Positions 37,329 to 58,159 of a stretch of DNA of 64,000 bases are shown one piece after another. The translations under genes and the position numbers were made by a program. Each line of letters begins with the position of its first letter. Positions within the stretch are counted from its first letter, which is position 1. The DNA comes from Lepidodermella squamata (taxonomy: Eukaryota; Animalia; Gastrotricha), in the NCBI GenBank assembly GCA_047495785.1, contig JBLDXI010000025.1:1426001-1490000 (forward strand). The letters are read 5' to 3'. A model generated the notes under the pieces. That model saw nothing but the letters and a program-made list of their open reading frames with translations. It searched no databases and was not told the origin of the DNA.

Positions 37329-39347
37329 AGAATGGCGACTGTTTTTCTGCTGGGTTCAGCTGCTGCTTTCTAAATCGGATGTTGTCTCGCCTTTGATCGG
37401 TTTTATCAACTTGACAAACAATTAATTCAAGGTCGGAGGAAGATTGAAAAGCAATTCAAAAGTTTTCACTAACAAATAAAATAATTAATAAGAAATATTA
37501 AGGAAGATTTTAAAGGCTATAATATTTTTAACACCTGGTCAAACACAGCGAGAACCGACCACTAGCGGCTAATATCTCAGCAAATATCATAGAAGCTATC
37601 GCCATTTTAGAGGAATATTGGCCGTTAGTAAGAAAAATCTTCATGTTTGACCTTTGCATTCATTAATACCTAAGGCTACACGTGCTCAGTGGCATACATC
37701 AAAGAAAACAATAAAGACAACATACTCATGTTTTATAGCACGAATAAGGGATGATGACAAAAAATCCGTTGAGAAGTGGGTATTCATGGGCACTTGAAAG
37801 TGACTGCAGGAAAAGAAACATCCTCCGCCTATTATCATTATTAATCTGACAATTCATAGTAAGAATTTCGTTGTTCTTTCAGAGCAAACAACTAACGAAC
37901 GAACAGAAAAAAGCACGATTTTTTGTCATGGTTATTAGCGCCGAAGATGCACTACATTTCCCTGACCGGCCACGGCAAAAAAAATCTCGTCAATTTTTCT
38001 GGTCTGGTCTGTTTAACGACGTGTAGACTAAAACAATCGTAAAAATATATCGATCGATGTTATGATTATGGAAAGACAATAAAAGGTTAAAAGGTTGAAA
38101 ATTTGCAATTTTTCTCATTCGTAATTTTGACAGCAATAGCTGTGTAGCTATTAGACAAAATTACTACAGTGCTGAGTGAAGAAGCAATAAAACGCTGACT
38201 GGGTCAAGCTAATAAATAAATGTAGAGCATCAAATTAAAATGGTCTGTTTTAACGACACGTTCGCGTGATGTCCACGTGAAAGCCGACGGCTGGTTGAAA
38301 AACTCAAATTTTCACAAATTCGCATGGAAATTAATTTCGATCGCGTGCCAGCGAAATGACTAATCATTTGTAAATATAATAATATGCAAAAGTCAACAAT
38401 TTTTTGAAATTCGAACATTATCGGCGATTTTTTTACTGTATTTTTTCTATCACCTATCGAATGAAATTACGTGACTGGGATCATCGAGAAAAAAGAGCGT
38501 GAGACAGGTCTATTAAGCGCGGGCTGATGCCTCGCGCTTAATTTTCATAGCGAAAATAGAAACGTATAATCCAGCTTAACAAAAAAAATTAAATTTGTTC
38601 CTGCTGCATTTGATGCTTCATATGTCCTGCCTTATCGTTTATAACTTCAATTTCGTGCCATTTTTATTTTTGCAATTAAGTTATCGGAAAGCAATATTTC
38701 TAACATTCCACTTTTTAAAATGAGTCCTTTTTGTCTTAATCGTTGTCATGAAATGACGATTTGCGGAGCGTGAAGACATTTATTCCGCCTTGTGATGTCG
38801 CATAAAGTGTCGCGCGAGGTTACTAGGCGGGCATCGCAGACATCGCAGACACTCGACTATAAATAGCTGGATCGCATCGACGTGATTTCGACACCTAAAT
38901 CCGAACTTCATTAGGTATTCTGCGTACATCTTTGTTATCCACGCGCAGCCTCGCACAATAAATTCCGATAATTTTTAAAATCTGAATATGAAAGACAGCC
39001 GATTCCATGTTGGTAAACTCTCATTCGAAAATTGCGCTCTACATCGTGTCCTTCGCACCTTTTCAGGCAAAATACCAGGCCATTTCTTTCACTATGATTG
39101 GTATGGTGTATTTAGCAGGAAAAATAAGTGAAAATTAAAAAAAATTAAAAATATATAAACACTGAAAATACATAACTGTTGGGTATTACGAGACAAAATT
39201 TCTGACTTTCAATCATATTTTTGAATCAAGCCGTGAGTTATAAAATGTATGTACAACATGAGCCGCTCGCTCACACTGAAAACTATTGATTGAATACCGC
39301 CAACTGGGTTGGATCTAGGCCGCAGGGTCACTTTGACATGACGAAAT

Positions 39348-39836
39348 GGGGTCACGTTGACGTATCAGAAATCGAAGATGGCAAGGCAAGGACCCCATGA
39401 CTGGGGTACCGTTGGATAGCCTGGAGAAAGGGCAATCTGAAAATGGCTTATTATTTCCAAATTGATGACCCTATTTGTCATCAATTAAATTAAAAATAGG
39501 TAAAATTCTTTTGGCGGGCTTTTTCCGTTTAAGAAAAAAATTGAATCAAATCCAATGATGAATCCAACTTAACCCTTAATTTTCGGTCTACGTTGGTGGA
39601 ATACTACTATTGGATGTTCCTACAAGAATCTGAAGCTCAAATTACCTATATTATCTCATTTTTTCTCCTCGGACCAATTTTAAAATTTCAAATCGAAGGA
39701 TGGTTTTCTTATTATCCCATGTCCCTATGTCGATTTATTTACGTGATTTTTACACATCCAGCATGGCCTTTCCTTGAGCTATCCAACGGAACCCCACTCA
39801 TATGGTCTTCGATTTTTGGTGTGCTAAAGTCACCCC
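39348..39836. mobile_element. Decayed fold-back/non-autonomous DNA element with long imperfect inverted arms (39348-39434 and 39764-39836)
   Basis: ggggtaccgttggatagcctggagaaagggca pairs with tggcctttccttgagctatccaacggaacccc; ggggtcacg...gaaatcga pairs with tcgattttt...gtcacccc. Confidence 0.55.
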
Positions 39837-40091
39837 GGTTGACGGAATTTCATCTCATCTCCATTTTCTTGAGTTTTTCGGTCATTTTTGAAAACAAAAC
39901 AGAACCAAGAAGTACTGAGAACCTCGATATTTATTTAATAAATTATTATCATTATTTCCATCAAATATTGCAACCAATCTGTCACCAAAGTGCGAAATAA
40001 AAATCTCAAGATATAGCCACAAAATCGTTATTACACATGAGTGTTTTTCACAGCAGCCTAAAACAACCTGTCAATATTTCAATATTGGTTA

Positions 40092-42859
40092 TCACATTTC
40101 AGTCTTCGCCGAATTGCTATTATCAACAAAAACCGCTGCGAAAATCGATTGCACTGCCTGTTTGAGCTCGTGCGTTTTTAACGCAATCACCTGCCGATTT
40201 TCGTAGATGTGCGGCATCACGTAGCCGACGATGAAAGCAGCCTGTAGCAGGCCTAGCACAATGCCGCCTAGCACGTCGAGCGGGTAGTGCCGGCCGAGCA
40301 TGATTCGCGACGAGCCGAGCAGGCACACGTAGAATACCCAGGCGACGATAGGCCAGCCGACAGGTTCAAGGGTGAAAATTTCGTAGAGTAGCGTGCAGGC
40401 GATGACGGCGACCATGGCGGCTCGAGACGTGTGGCCGGACGGGAAACTGAACGCATCGACTGCAACGGACGCCCGCATGTCATCAACATTCACCTTAAAA
40501 CAAATCGAAAATTAACTGATGAAATAATGAGAGGCAAAAAAGTTTCATTTTCGACAAAAATCAGCAAGAATTTATTATTATTTATTGTTACTATTACTAT
40601 TTATTTTATATTATTATTAATTCATTAATTATTTATTATTTTATTTTATTTCGAAAAATAATTTCATGAAAAAAATAGGTCGCCTGACATTTGAGTACCG
40701 CGACACTTGCGCCCCGACAATTGAGCACCGACATTTGCGCCCAGCTTTAACTTGCGCCCGACGACACTTGCGCCCATTTAAAAAATGATAAATTTATTTC
40801 AACTTGCGCCCAAGCTGACGACACTTGCGTCCAAACACACTTGCGCCCCGGACTCAACTGTCGTCGAAATTAAATAAATAGATAGATAGCATGAATAACA
40901 CAACGGGGGAAGAGTAGAGGTTAGAAATGTGAAGACCAATTTCCATTTTTGAATGCTATTTTGGGGTCCGCAACCCGCTGATTGTTTCGCCGACCTCCAT
41001 TGAGGGCTCGTGAACAGCATTTTCTTCACCATTTTTCTCTCCCGAATCCGAAGCTGATGAGGCTTCGAGTAAAGTTACCGCACACATAGATCTATCGACT
41101 GGTGAAAACCGCATCACAATTCCTCTTGGTTCGGGAGCTATTGAAATAATGCGAGGCGAAAAATATTAAGCAAAACAAAATATAACAACAACGCAGCGAG
41201 TAAATTCGGAATAGTTATGGGCGCAAGTGTCGCAGATGTTTGGGCGGAATTGTCGCGGGCTGAACTCAAGTGTCGCCGGGCGCTTCTGTCGTGTGTGCAA
41301 ATGTCGCCCCTGAATATTTTAACTTGGGCGCAAATGTCGCGTACTCAAGTGTCGTTTTTAAAACGGGGCGCAAGTGTTTTTGGGCTCATTTGTCGGGGCT
41401 CAAGTGTTGCGGTACTCATTTGTCGGCACACCAAAAAATATGATGGACAAAATTCGAGGAAACAGAATGGCACGCAGACCACTAACTCTAAACCGTAAAT
41501 TTGACATTTTGACCGGTTTTTCGTTCGAGAAAATAAATGAATCAAATCCAATGATGTTTTCTCATTTTTCAAGTACAATCTTATTATATTACAAGCAATG
41601 AGCATATGTCAGATGAATGATTCAATTACTGATTGTATTATATAGTATCCTCGGATATTATTTTTCCGAACTAAAAAAATAGAGGAAAAAATCGGCCAAT
41701 TATTCGCGGAGCCTTTTATTCAAGGCAGACTATTTACCCTGAAACTTCGCATTACAAAAAATGTCGTAGAATAATATTTTAGCTGATGACAAAAAAATGT
41801 CGTGTCATGAATTGAATCCAAAAAATGTCGTTGTTTTGACAGCGACATATTTTTTCATCAGCCAAAAATATCGCCTCCGTTGCTGTAACCAAGCTCGAAT
41901 TCCCTGTCGTGGTCGCCCTCGTCGCCGCAGTTTTTCTTCCTTATCATAGGCCTTTTGCTATTATCACGCGGCTATTGTTCAAGGCCGGCTATTATCAACC
42001 TTTGGATCCAATATTATTCGAGGGTTGATACTATTCGATACAATACGGTACCCTCAATATCGCTAGGTGTTAAAATTGATGTCGCGACTGTAAAGTGATG
42101 TGTTAAATTTCAAGTGCCACAAGGTTTTTCGGCACCTCGACGAAAACAAAAGATTCACCTTTTATTAAAAAAACGACGAAAATAAAAAGGGTGGTCAAAG
42201 AGCTAATTTCTATTTCGACATTCAAGATTTTCGATTTGGTACGGCAAGTTTCAAGTTGATCTAACCTTTCACCAATTTAGTTCAGGATTTACGCCCAAAA
42301 ATCATCTAATATCGCTAATATCGCTAATCATCTAATTTTTCTATGAAAATTCTATCAAATTTAATTGAAATCGGTGGCATGTTATCACATTTGAAAATCC
42401 ACCAAAAACCTTCTAAATTTTTAACCCACTATTTTTACTCCGTTTTAATGAGTTCAATGTGCAATTTTTTTTATTTTTTCGTCCAGAATATTTATACCTT
42501 GGGGCGTGATCTGCGAAAAACGGCCTTGATTAAGCCGACCATGGCCAAGTCGAGCAGCATGCCGGCGAGAATGCCGATGAGCACGAGGTGGTGGTAGTGC
42601 GGCTCATCGAGGTGATGCGGCCGCATCGTTTGCACGATTAGCCACACGGCGCCCGCCAGCCACAGTATGCCGTGGCCTATCCACTCCAACGACAGCATCA
42701 GCCAACGAAAATGGCCAAATCTGCATACACGTAAATTAGAGCAATTTAGCAACAAAAATAATCAAGATTTTTTTCATTTTCTAACCTAGCATCACTTGTC
42801 GCGCAAACCGCAAGACGTTCACTCAGCCAGTGATCCAATCTTATCAGCAAATTTGGCAT
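40092..42859 (-). CDS. PLPP6: PAP2-family lipid phosphate phosphatase, PLPP6 (polyisoprenoid diphosphate phosphatase)-like. Exons 42786-42859, 42498-42720, 40092-40493
   Basis: LEWIGHGILW, C1 motif KAVFRRSRP, C2 motif SFPSGH, C3 motif SRIMLGRHYPLD; in-phase GT-AG junctions. Confidence 0.85.
40678..41432. mobile_element. 755-bp non-autonomous DNA transposon (MITE) with GG...CC termini, arrays of ~15-bp subterminal repeats and an 8-bp target-site duplication
   Basis: Left end ggtcgcctgacatttgagtaccgcgacacttgcgcccc mirrors right end ...caagtgttgcggtactcatttgtcggcacacc; AAAAAATA lies at both 40670-40677 and 41433-41440. Confidence 0.85.
41629..42048. mobile_element. Decayed Tc1/mariner-pogo-type MITE
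   Basis: Right end ...gatactattcgatacaatacgg|ta (CCGTA-type terminal repeat with TA flank), degenerate left mirror ta|ctgattgtattatatagtatc, internal TATT...TCAAGG repeats. Confidence 0.5.
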
Positions 42860-43674
42860 CTTTAACAACTAAATAACAAATAACACCATTTATTTTGGTT
42901 TTTTCCAAAGAAAATTCGTCTTTTTATTGCTGATCCTTGCCAATATAGCTGTAATGAAAAATATTCGTCGTCACACATCACAACGCATGAGCAGTTTCGT
43001 TGCAGTTATAATAATAGATCCGATAAATTTTGAGATTATAACTGTTTCATCCATGCAAATAATAGAATATATTTATTTTCTTGAAATAAATATTTACAAC
43101 AAAATGCAAATAAACCACATTTGCTTCCTCATCAAACATCCACATAACTGAGCGCGACTAGTAATTGAGTCGATGTATAATAAACGAGATTAGTTTTCAT
43201 CGTCAAAGAAACAATATATTGAAAATTGAAAAAGAATTATTAGACGTAGTAGTTTTGCACAAAAGCTCTTCATTCGCCGCCTCATCATCGGTCTGAAGTA
43301 ATTACGGAAGACTTTTTACGAGAGAGGTACATCATGTTGAACAAGGCAGAGATAAATATTTTCATGCGGTCAATATCTTCCCGATGCAAAAAATAAACGT
43401 TCCAGCGTGGTCAGCAGCCGAATAATTGTTGACATTTTTAATCCTGATTACATTTTCCATAATCCGTGATCCGTGATGCAAATTAGCCGGTTCCAACAAA
43501 CTTCGGGAAGTTATTGACCCTACACGTTCCATTCCATTCAGCCTTTTATTATAATAATATATCATTTTTCCCCAAAAACCATCATAAATTCCGAAAAAAT
43601 TAAGTATAATGAAGATCTTAAATTAAAGCTTTGTCATAAATCACTCAATGAAAGAATAAATTGCGAGAGCGAAA

Positions 43675-44872
43675 TTATTTAGAAATCGCTAGAAAACAGC
43701 GAACGAACCAATGTTGAGACTCGGAATTGTTAGCGTATCTTTCAACCATGTAAGAACGCAGAGATAGAAAGGCCATGGATAACGCGACAAGAACACAGCC
43801 GCTAATACTGAGAGCGTTGACTTCGAGGCCGAGGAAAACGACCTGCCAAACGAAACCGAACGCCGATTCGGCGGATCTTGTCAGCGAAACCATGCCAGCT
43901 GGAATGAACTTAGCCGCCGTCGTCATCAAGGCATGAGCCGCGGTTGTCGTAACCGAAATTAGCAGCGCCAGAGTTCGGTACTCGTAAGTCGGCGGCATAG
44001 AGAAGACGCCCATAGCTAGGACGACTGTAATCAATATCGGCGCGGTCGAAGCGGCGTAGAAAAACGAAATAGTTGCATAGTTTACGCCTCGCAGCCGCCT
44101 CAGGGCAAGAAATAGGCCGGATTGAACCAAAGCTCCGCCTATCGCGAATGAGCAGCCAATTATTCTATCATTTACTGGTATGTCATGTTGTTGCACTAAA
44201 TGCGGGAATATGTGCCGAAAAATGAAGGGCGGTCGAATTATAAACGCAACTCCTGAAAAATTTCAAATTTCACATATTATCAAACAAAGTATTTTCAAAA
44301 AAATTACCAAGAAAAGTCAAAAACAGCACAGGTATATCGGAAAAATGACAACGCTCTTTCAGAAAAATCCAACCGAGGAAAGTTGTAAAAATTGGAGTTG
44401 TAGCAAATATGACACCGGCATCAGCTAGCGGAAGGTAAGAAAGCGCGATGAAGTTCAGTGTTATTGATAATCCGCCGCATAACGCTCTCAGTGTCAAGAA
44501 AGTCCAGTCCTTCTTCTTGCCGAAATAACTCGATTTGCAGTAGGAAACCTGAGGCGCCGCCATGAATAGCAGGAAAAACTGGCGAATGAACGACAGTAGA
44601 ATCGGGTGCATCCTCGCGTTTTTGTTCAAAACTTTGACGAAGAGATTGCCGAAAGAGAACATCATTGCACAACCTAGGCCAAGAGCAATCCCTATGCCGC
44701 GGCAGGATTTCAGAAACCGCATGACCCGAAATTTTGAAACAGGAGATGCCGTCGCCCCGACTGCTTCGCCACATTTCTCTGTTACTTTAACAGGGTCGTT
44801 GGCGTCTTCATGCAGTGCCTTGACAGATATGTCAGCTTCGCCGTTGACGACTTTCAGTGAAACGTCTTTCAT
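43675..44872 (-). CDS. SLC35G/EamA transporter, copy 7 (displaced and inverted). Exons 44308-44872, 43675-44252
   Basis: Same motifs as copies 1-6; a single 55-nt intron. Confidence 0.9.
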
Positions 44873-47269
44873 TTCTCAGGGCGCTTACAGCCCAAGTTGA
44901 TTTAGCTGATAAAAATATTCGCCGATCCTTTGATAAATTACTCAGTAAGAAACTACACAGGAAAAAGGTTGACAAGCTATAGCTGGAAGCAAAAAATTTA
45001 ATACCGACAAAAGACGCGCCGCTAGCTACAGATTATTAAGTGCACACAATTTCAGAGAAAACAAATGTTAGCAAACAGCGGAGACACAATGTGTGCACAG
45101 AAGGGCGATCGAAAAAGTAAAAAGTGTAGTGTATAGGTTTATTTCTCATCGGGCTGTCTTAAAGCAAAATAGAGGGCTTGAGGAAGAGATAATGCATAGG
45201 CTGACATGTTTTTATATCAAAAAATTTGGCCTACCGGCCAAAAAAATAATATGGACCTTAGGTTCAAAGGTCGCTAGAATTGTGTTTAGAGCACGTGAGC
45301 ACACGTCGCAGGTGACACCTGCAAACCGCGTGAATGAGGTTCTTAACAAAATTGCAAATGAAGCCGCGGCGCTATTAGATTTTTGTTATTCATTATCTAG
45401 CAATTTAATGCAAATAAAATTTTCAAACTTTTCAGCGATGATTTATTGCCTCCATAAAATATACATCCTTTATTACCTATTCCACGGGCAACTATTGAAC
45501 ATTTGCAAGAGATGTCATGAGAAATTCAGCTTAAAATCAGTATGTATGAATATATCCGAATGCATTAGTAATCAGCTAAAAGTAACGGTTGTCATCAAAC
45601 CGAAGCAGCCAAGTTTGATTTTGACTCTTGCAAACTGCAAAGTACTTCACAGAATGACCGGGGGATGTGCACAGACGGTGAAAAAAATAGAGAAAGGGAT
45701 GACATATGAGGGAATCGTAATTCCAACACGTCTATTTCGCAAATTTTACCACCCTTTCGTCTGTAAGAAAATACTTAATGTGTGAAGAAACAGCACAAAA
45801 CCAAGACAAAGAGACGACAGTTTGATTACAGATTCCACTTATCGCAGCAGACGATGCCAATTCACGGATGACGGATGATTTATGTTAATGTTACCGCAGC
45901 AAATGAGCAAATAATAGTGTTTTTTTTGTTCTTAAGCAGCTCAAAGCGGCCACTAATATCAATAATCAGCTCAAAACGCGAAACAAAACAAGACTAGATA
46001 AGTAGGCCAAAATCCGAGCCGATAAGTTACAAATTTTTACTAAATTGTGCAGAATTTATTCAGCGCGATGAACCCCGAAATAAATGCGGCAGAGCTCTAG
46101 CCAAAGTCCGAAGTAGCGAACCTTTCTCGTTTCTTTGCTTCGGTAACTTCTTCGCAAGGTTTGGCTTCGATCGCTGATGTACATCGGCTGCAGTAAAACA
46201 GTTTTACTGCGGCCTTAAAAAATTAATTCTTGGAATTCAGCCGGAAAACGTAATATATATCAAATAAAGGGGATATTATGATAAATAAATGTCACAAACA
46301 AATTTGTAACAAAAAATTGAGCTGTTATTTTACTTTGGATCGGCTGATTTTTTTGGGTTTCTGTTTTTGTTGTCCTCTTCAATGAATTAACACTTAGCGC
46401 TGTTTCAGCTTCAGCTTTATTTTACGCACTGGGGTCTGGGGACTAGGTTAGGCCATCCCTTGTAAGTCTGAGGCTCCACAAGAGGGCAGACTCGGCTTGT
46501 TTCGAATTTCCAAAGGGTTTACACTCCTTTTAGGCTCATATACTTACTTATTTGGACGTCTTGGATAACATTGGTACATTCGGTGCCCTGTTCGTTGAAT
46601 ATGACGCGTCTGGCTTGATAACCGATGATTAATGGGAATTTTAATAAATCAAATCTACTTGATGCTTTGCTGCCCTTGAACTGCCTTCGAAATAGATATT
46701 CATTCTTCATTTACAATTCTACTCTTCCTTTTCGATAATTGTGAATTAATACAATGACAAATCTTATTTAGAATCTAGAATTCAAAGTTCGAACTGGACT
46801 TCTTTGTTCATCCGGATTCCAGAGGCCGAAAGCCCCTTAGCTATTTATGTGCTCAATTTCATGTTTTGATTTGTTGTTTCTCAGATTTTGCTATCTTCCC
46901 ATCCTGTGGAAAATTTACATGATTTAAATGAATCGTTTGCATTCGTTCCTTTCATTTATTTCAAACTAATATTACATGCATGACTGCTTAATAAATACTT
47001 CATCCGCCAAATTTTTCCAGGCTCAACTATCGCTTAAGTTGAAACTGATTTTTTAATTGTTAGTAGTGCAAGCTTCCGAAGTTTGGGAGGATAACCATTG
47101 GGTAAAGTCATTTTCTTGACTTTGGAAAGGCAAGAAATGTCGTTATTAGCTAATTAATTACACTGATGCCAGCTGAAGATTTCCATACATTTTCAATTGA
47201 TGTTAAACAGAATCTTTTGCTCTAGGACTTGGATACTGGCCATTATTGTTTTCTGTTGCATGGCCAAGC

Positions 47270-55076
<7,807 letters not shown>

Positions 55077-57011
55077 ATGATTACTTCTTGTTTTCTACGT
55101 TATAATTCTCGGTGCGTTCATTTTCGGACACCCTCTATTCGAAAAAAATTTGAAAATGCTAATTTGCGAGTAAAAATAATTTTACAAATATTCTGGGGAT
55201 TTTTTGAGATTTTCCACATTTTCAAAAAAATTTATTGAAATTTTTAATTTTGGGCGGAAAAGTCATTTTCAAATTTTTCGAACAATGGTTGTCTTGGCCT
55301 ACGCTCGTTATTAGCCGGATTGTGAGAAAATGAAATCGAAATTGAAATCGAACAAGTTTTTCCTTTGTTGAGATCGAATTCGCACTATTATGAAATTACA
55401 TACGCCAAAACAAAAAAATCACTGAAATTTTCACTCTCTTCAAACGCCATTTGCCAAAGCTAAACAAAGTAATGCATGTCGAGTATATATTCAACTTTTT
55501 TACCTTGGTTCTTTTACAACAACATTATCGCACACTAGTAACTTCGCAAATATCTTCCATTTTTCGCTTCAATTAAATGAGTTTTTCGTCGTAAAGCTAC
55601 TGTGCTGCTGTCTAAGACGGACATTGAGCTAGTCTCTGCTTCGTTTCTGTCGTTGTTTTGTTTCTTCAAAATGACAACAATCAACACTTCTTGTAACGCC
55701 TTATGCCCGGTTTAGAGTTTCTTTTTTCTCATTGCAACTTGGACATCTTTAATCTATGCTAACATAGAAGGAGCCTGATAACACTTGGTGCGTTAACCCT
55801 TTCTTTTTCTTCCCCACGAGTTGTATGTTGTCTGGTAGAAAAATCTGGTGCTTGCTAATTATTGAAAAATTTTATGTATAAAAAAAATCGCGTACTTATT
55901 ATTCGCCGCCGAATGAAATTTGAATATATCTTGCCTGTTCGAATTTGAAGAAGATGAAGAAGAAAACTATTGCTCGCTTTTATAAAAACACATAGTAATA
56001 AATTAAATCATATTTTGATCTTTAAAATTATTATGGTAATAAAAATTCTTGACGTCTTCGCGTTTTTCTCTTTTCTTCTCTCTCTTTTTTCAACGTTGTG
56101 AATATCTTGAAAAATAACGAATTATCGGAGCGACAACGCAATATAGACCGTAGGGCTGAATCGATATGCGGCAGCTTTTATCGAAACGAGACGAATTTTG
56201 TAATTAGTACTTAATTTTCGTGTAAACTAACTGCGACCAGTATTTCGTAGCAGGTTGTCTGGATTTGTGACTGGTTTTTTATATTATTATGAGACACCTT
56301 GTTAGATTTTGCAACGTTTGGGTTGTTAGATTTTCGACGAGATATGAGAAAAAACGGGTTTTTACGTGACGAGTGGCTTCAGATTTTAATACAGATTTTC
56401 TGTGCGTAGCGACGCTGAAATTTCTATCTCTCTTGCTTGCATGTAGGCCTCATTTTCTTTGATGGATTGATTCGTGTCCCTATTTTACATAGCAATTTTG
56501 CGAAAATACTGTTTTTTCTTTTTTGCAACGGCAATCAATCAACGTTTGGTGTCTTTGATGAACGAAAAAATTATTATCATCATTATTACTACTATCAATA
56601 ATATTCTGAAGTGTCTTTTGTCGCACTGCTGTAAAATCGCACGAAATATTGCCCTAAGATTATATTACGATGATATAAATGAAAATTATTGCTACATTTT
56701 ATTCTTATGATATACGAAAACTGGAAAATGTAACTTCGACGCTTTCAACTCGGCTATATTATACCTAAAAAAAATTATATTATATCGCGAAAAATGAATG
56801 CTGTTTTTTATTACTATGAATTCAATGGTAATGCGTTGCTGTTCAACGAAGAAAACCTATTGTTCGCCCCCGATTTATTATCACTAATACACGGCTATTC
56901 TATATATATTATATTATATATTACAACGTCATCGCAGGCTTTAACAGAGAAAAAACAAGTAAAGCTGGCATGTGAAGTGTCATCAAAAACGTGTTTTATT
57001 TTATTAAATTA

Positions 57012-58159
57012 TCACAAAATTTGACTAAGAACATCACTGAGGTCAAGAAGTTTCTCGAGTTTAGCCGACTGGCCTAACACAATGCAATAATGGCTAAGAA
57101 GTTGTTGCAATAAATGACCCTCGTCCAGCATTTCCAGATGTTCAATCCGCTGCCGTTCGTTGTTTGCCGACAAATTTTTCGAATATATTGAATATACATC
57201 GAGAGCCGAGCAATTTTGAAAACCAGCATCTTTAAGGCGGACGATTTGCGAATCGATCGATTCGCACGCATCCACGCCCAATAGCTGAATGCCTTTCCCG
57301 GCGAGTTGATCTAGCATAACCCGGCCGAAACTATGCTCATCAGCGCGGGGTGAAATATTGCATTGCTCATACACTAAAACTGATGATAATTGAAATTTCG
57401 AAGCGATCAACGCCAATAAATTAGCACAGCGGTCCGGTTCAAGGTAGACCAGAACGCATTCAGCGACAAATATTGTCGGAAGAGACAGATCCAGGCCAAC
57501 GCCGCTGATCAACATCTCCATCAGCTGATCGGGCTTATTCAAATCTCCACTTGCCAATCGATAATTTTTCGCTCCGAAAATTTGCCTGAAAAAAATCAAA
57601 TTTCATATTTTTCTAATTTGTCTTAATTAAATTACTTTGCACTCGGAGTTTTTTCGTCACACCCTGATAGATTTAAAAGCGGGCTATCAGGATCGAAGAA
57701 AAGAGGGGTCGTTTTCGAGTTTAGTTGGATAGCTTTGGCTTTCTTGAAAATAACTGGAGGCAGGTCTGTTTCAACCCAAAGTTGAGGCGTAACGCCTTTT
57801 TCTTTAAGGCGGAAGAACAGCGAGTCGTAACCACAACCTATCATTACGACCTGGCATTGAGACGAGTGGGTTTTGATGAAGGAACGAACAGTTCGGCCAA
57901 TGGCTTCAACGCGAGCCCAATAACCTATCGAAACAAAAATCAATTAAAGTTGATTTTTCAATTTTAGAAAATTACCTCGGCTGATTTCTGGCATGCGACG
58001 TGGCGGATTGTCGTGACCCCGCGGCACCAATCGCCGCGCAAATTCATCGACATAATAGCCCATTTTCGCCGCCCAGATTTTACACGAAGCAGCGTCGTCA
58101 TTCGTCAAAATCGCCGACTCGTCGTGAGCCGATAACGAAAAACCTCCCTCGATACTCAT
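57012..58159 (-). CDS. LCMT1: Leucine carboxyl methyltransferase 1. Exons 57976-58159, 57636-57924, 57012-57585
   Basis: TNDDAASCK..A..GYY.D, PEISRGYWARV, IGCGYDSLFFRL, AECVLVYL, FGRVM and ERQRIEHLEMLDE motifs. Confidence 0.94.

Noticed and set aside
22121-37425. Numerous antisense ORFs over SLC20 genes (similar ones occur over SLC35G, PKN and LRRC40)
   Set aside because: Shadow frames produced by codon bias of the real genes on the opposite strand.
39593-40000. 135-aa hydrophobic ORF
   Set aside because: Non-ATG start and overlaps a decayed inverted-repeat element; hydrophobicity follows from T-richness.
40678-41432. CRISPR-like array of short repeats
   Set aside because: Repeats are degenerate, irregularly spaced and mirrored in two arms with a target-site duplication, in a eukaryotic intron; this is a MITE.
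45093-45785. 230-aa ORF as a gene
   Set aside because: GTG start, no recognisable motif, AT-rich non-coding-like composition, and it overlaps the upstream region of SLC35G copy 7.
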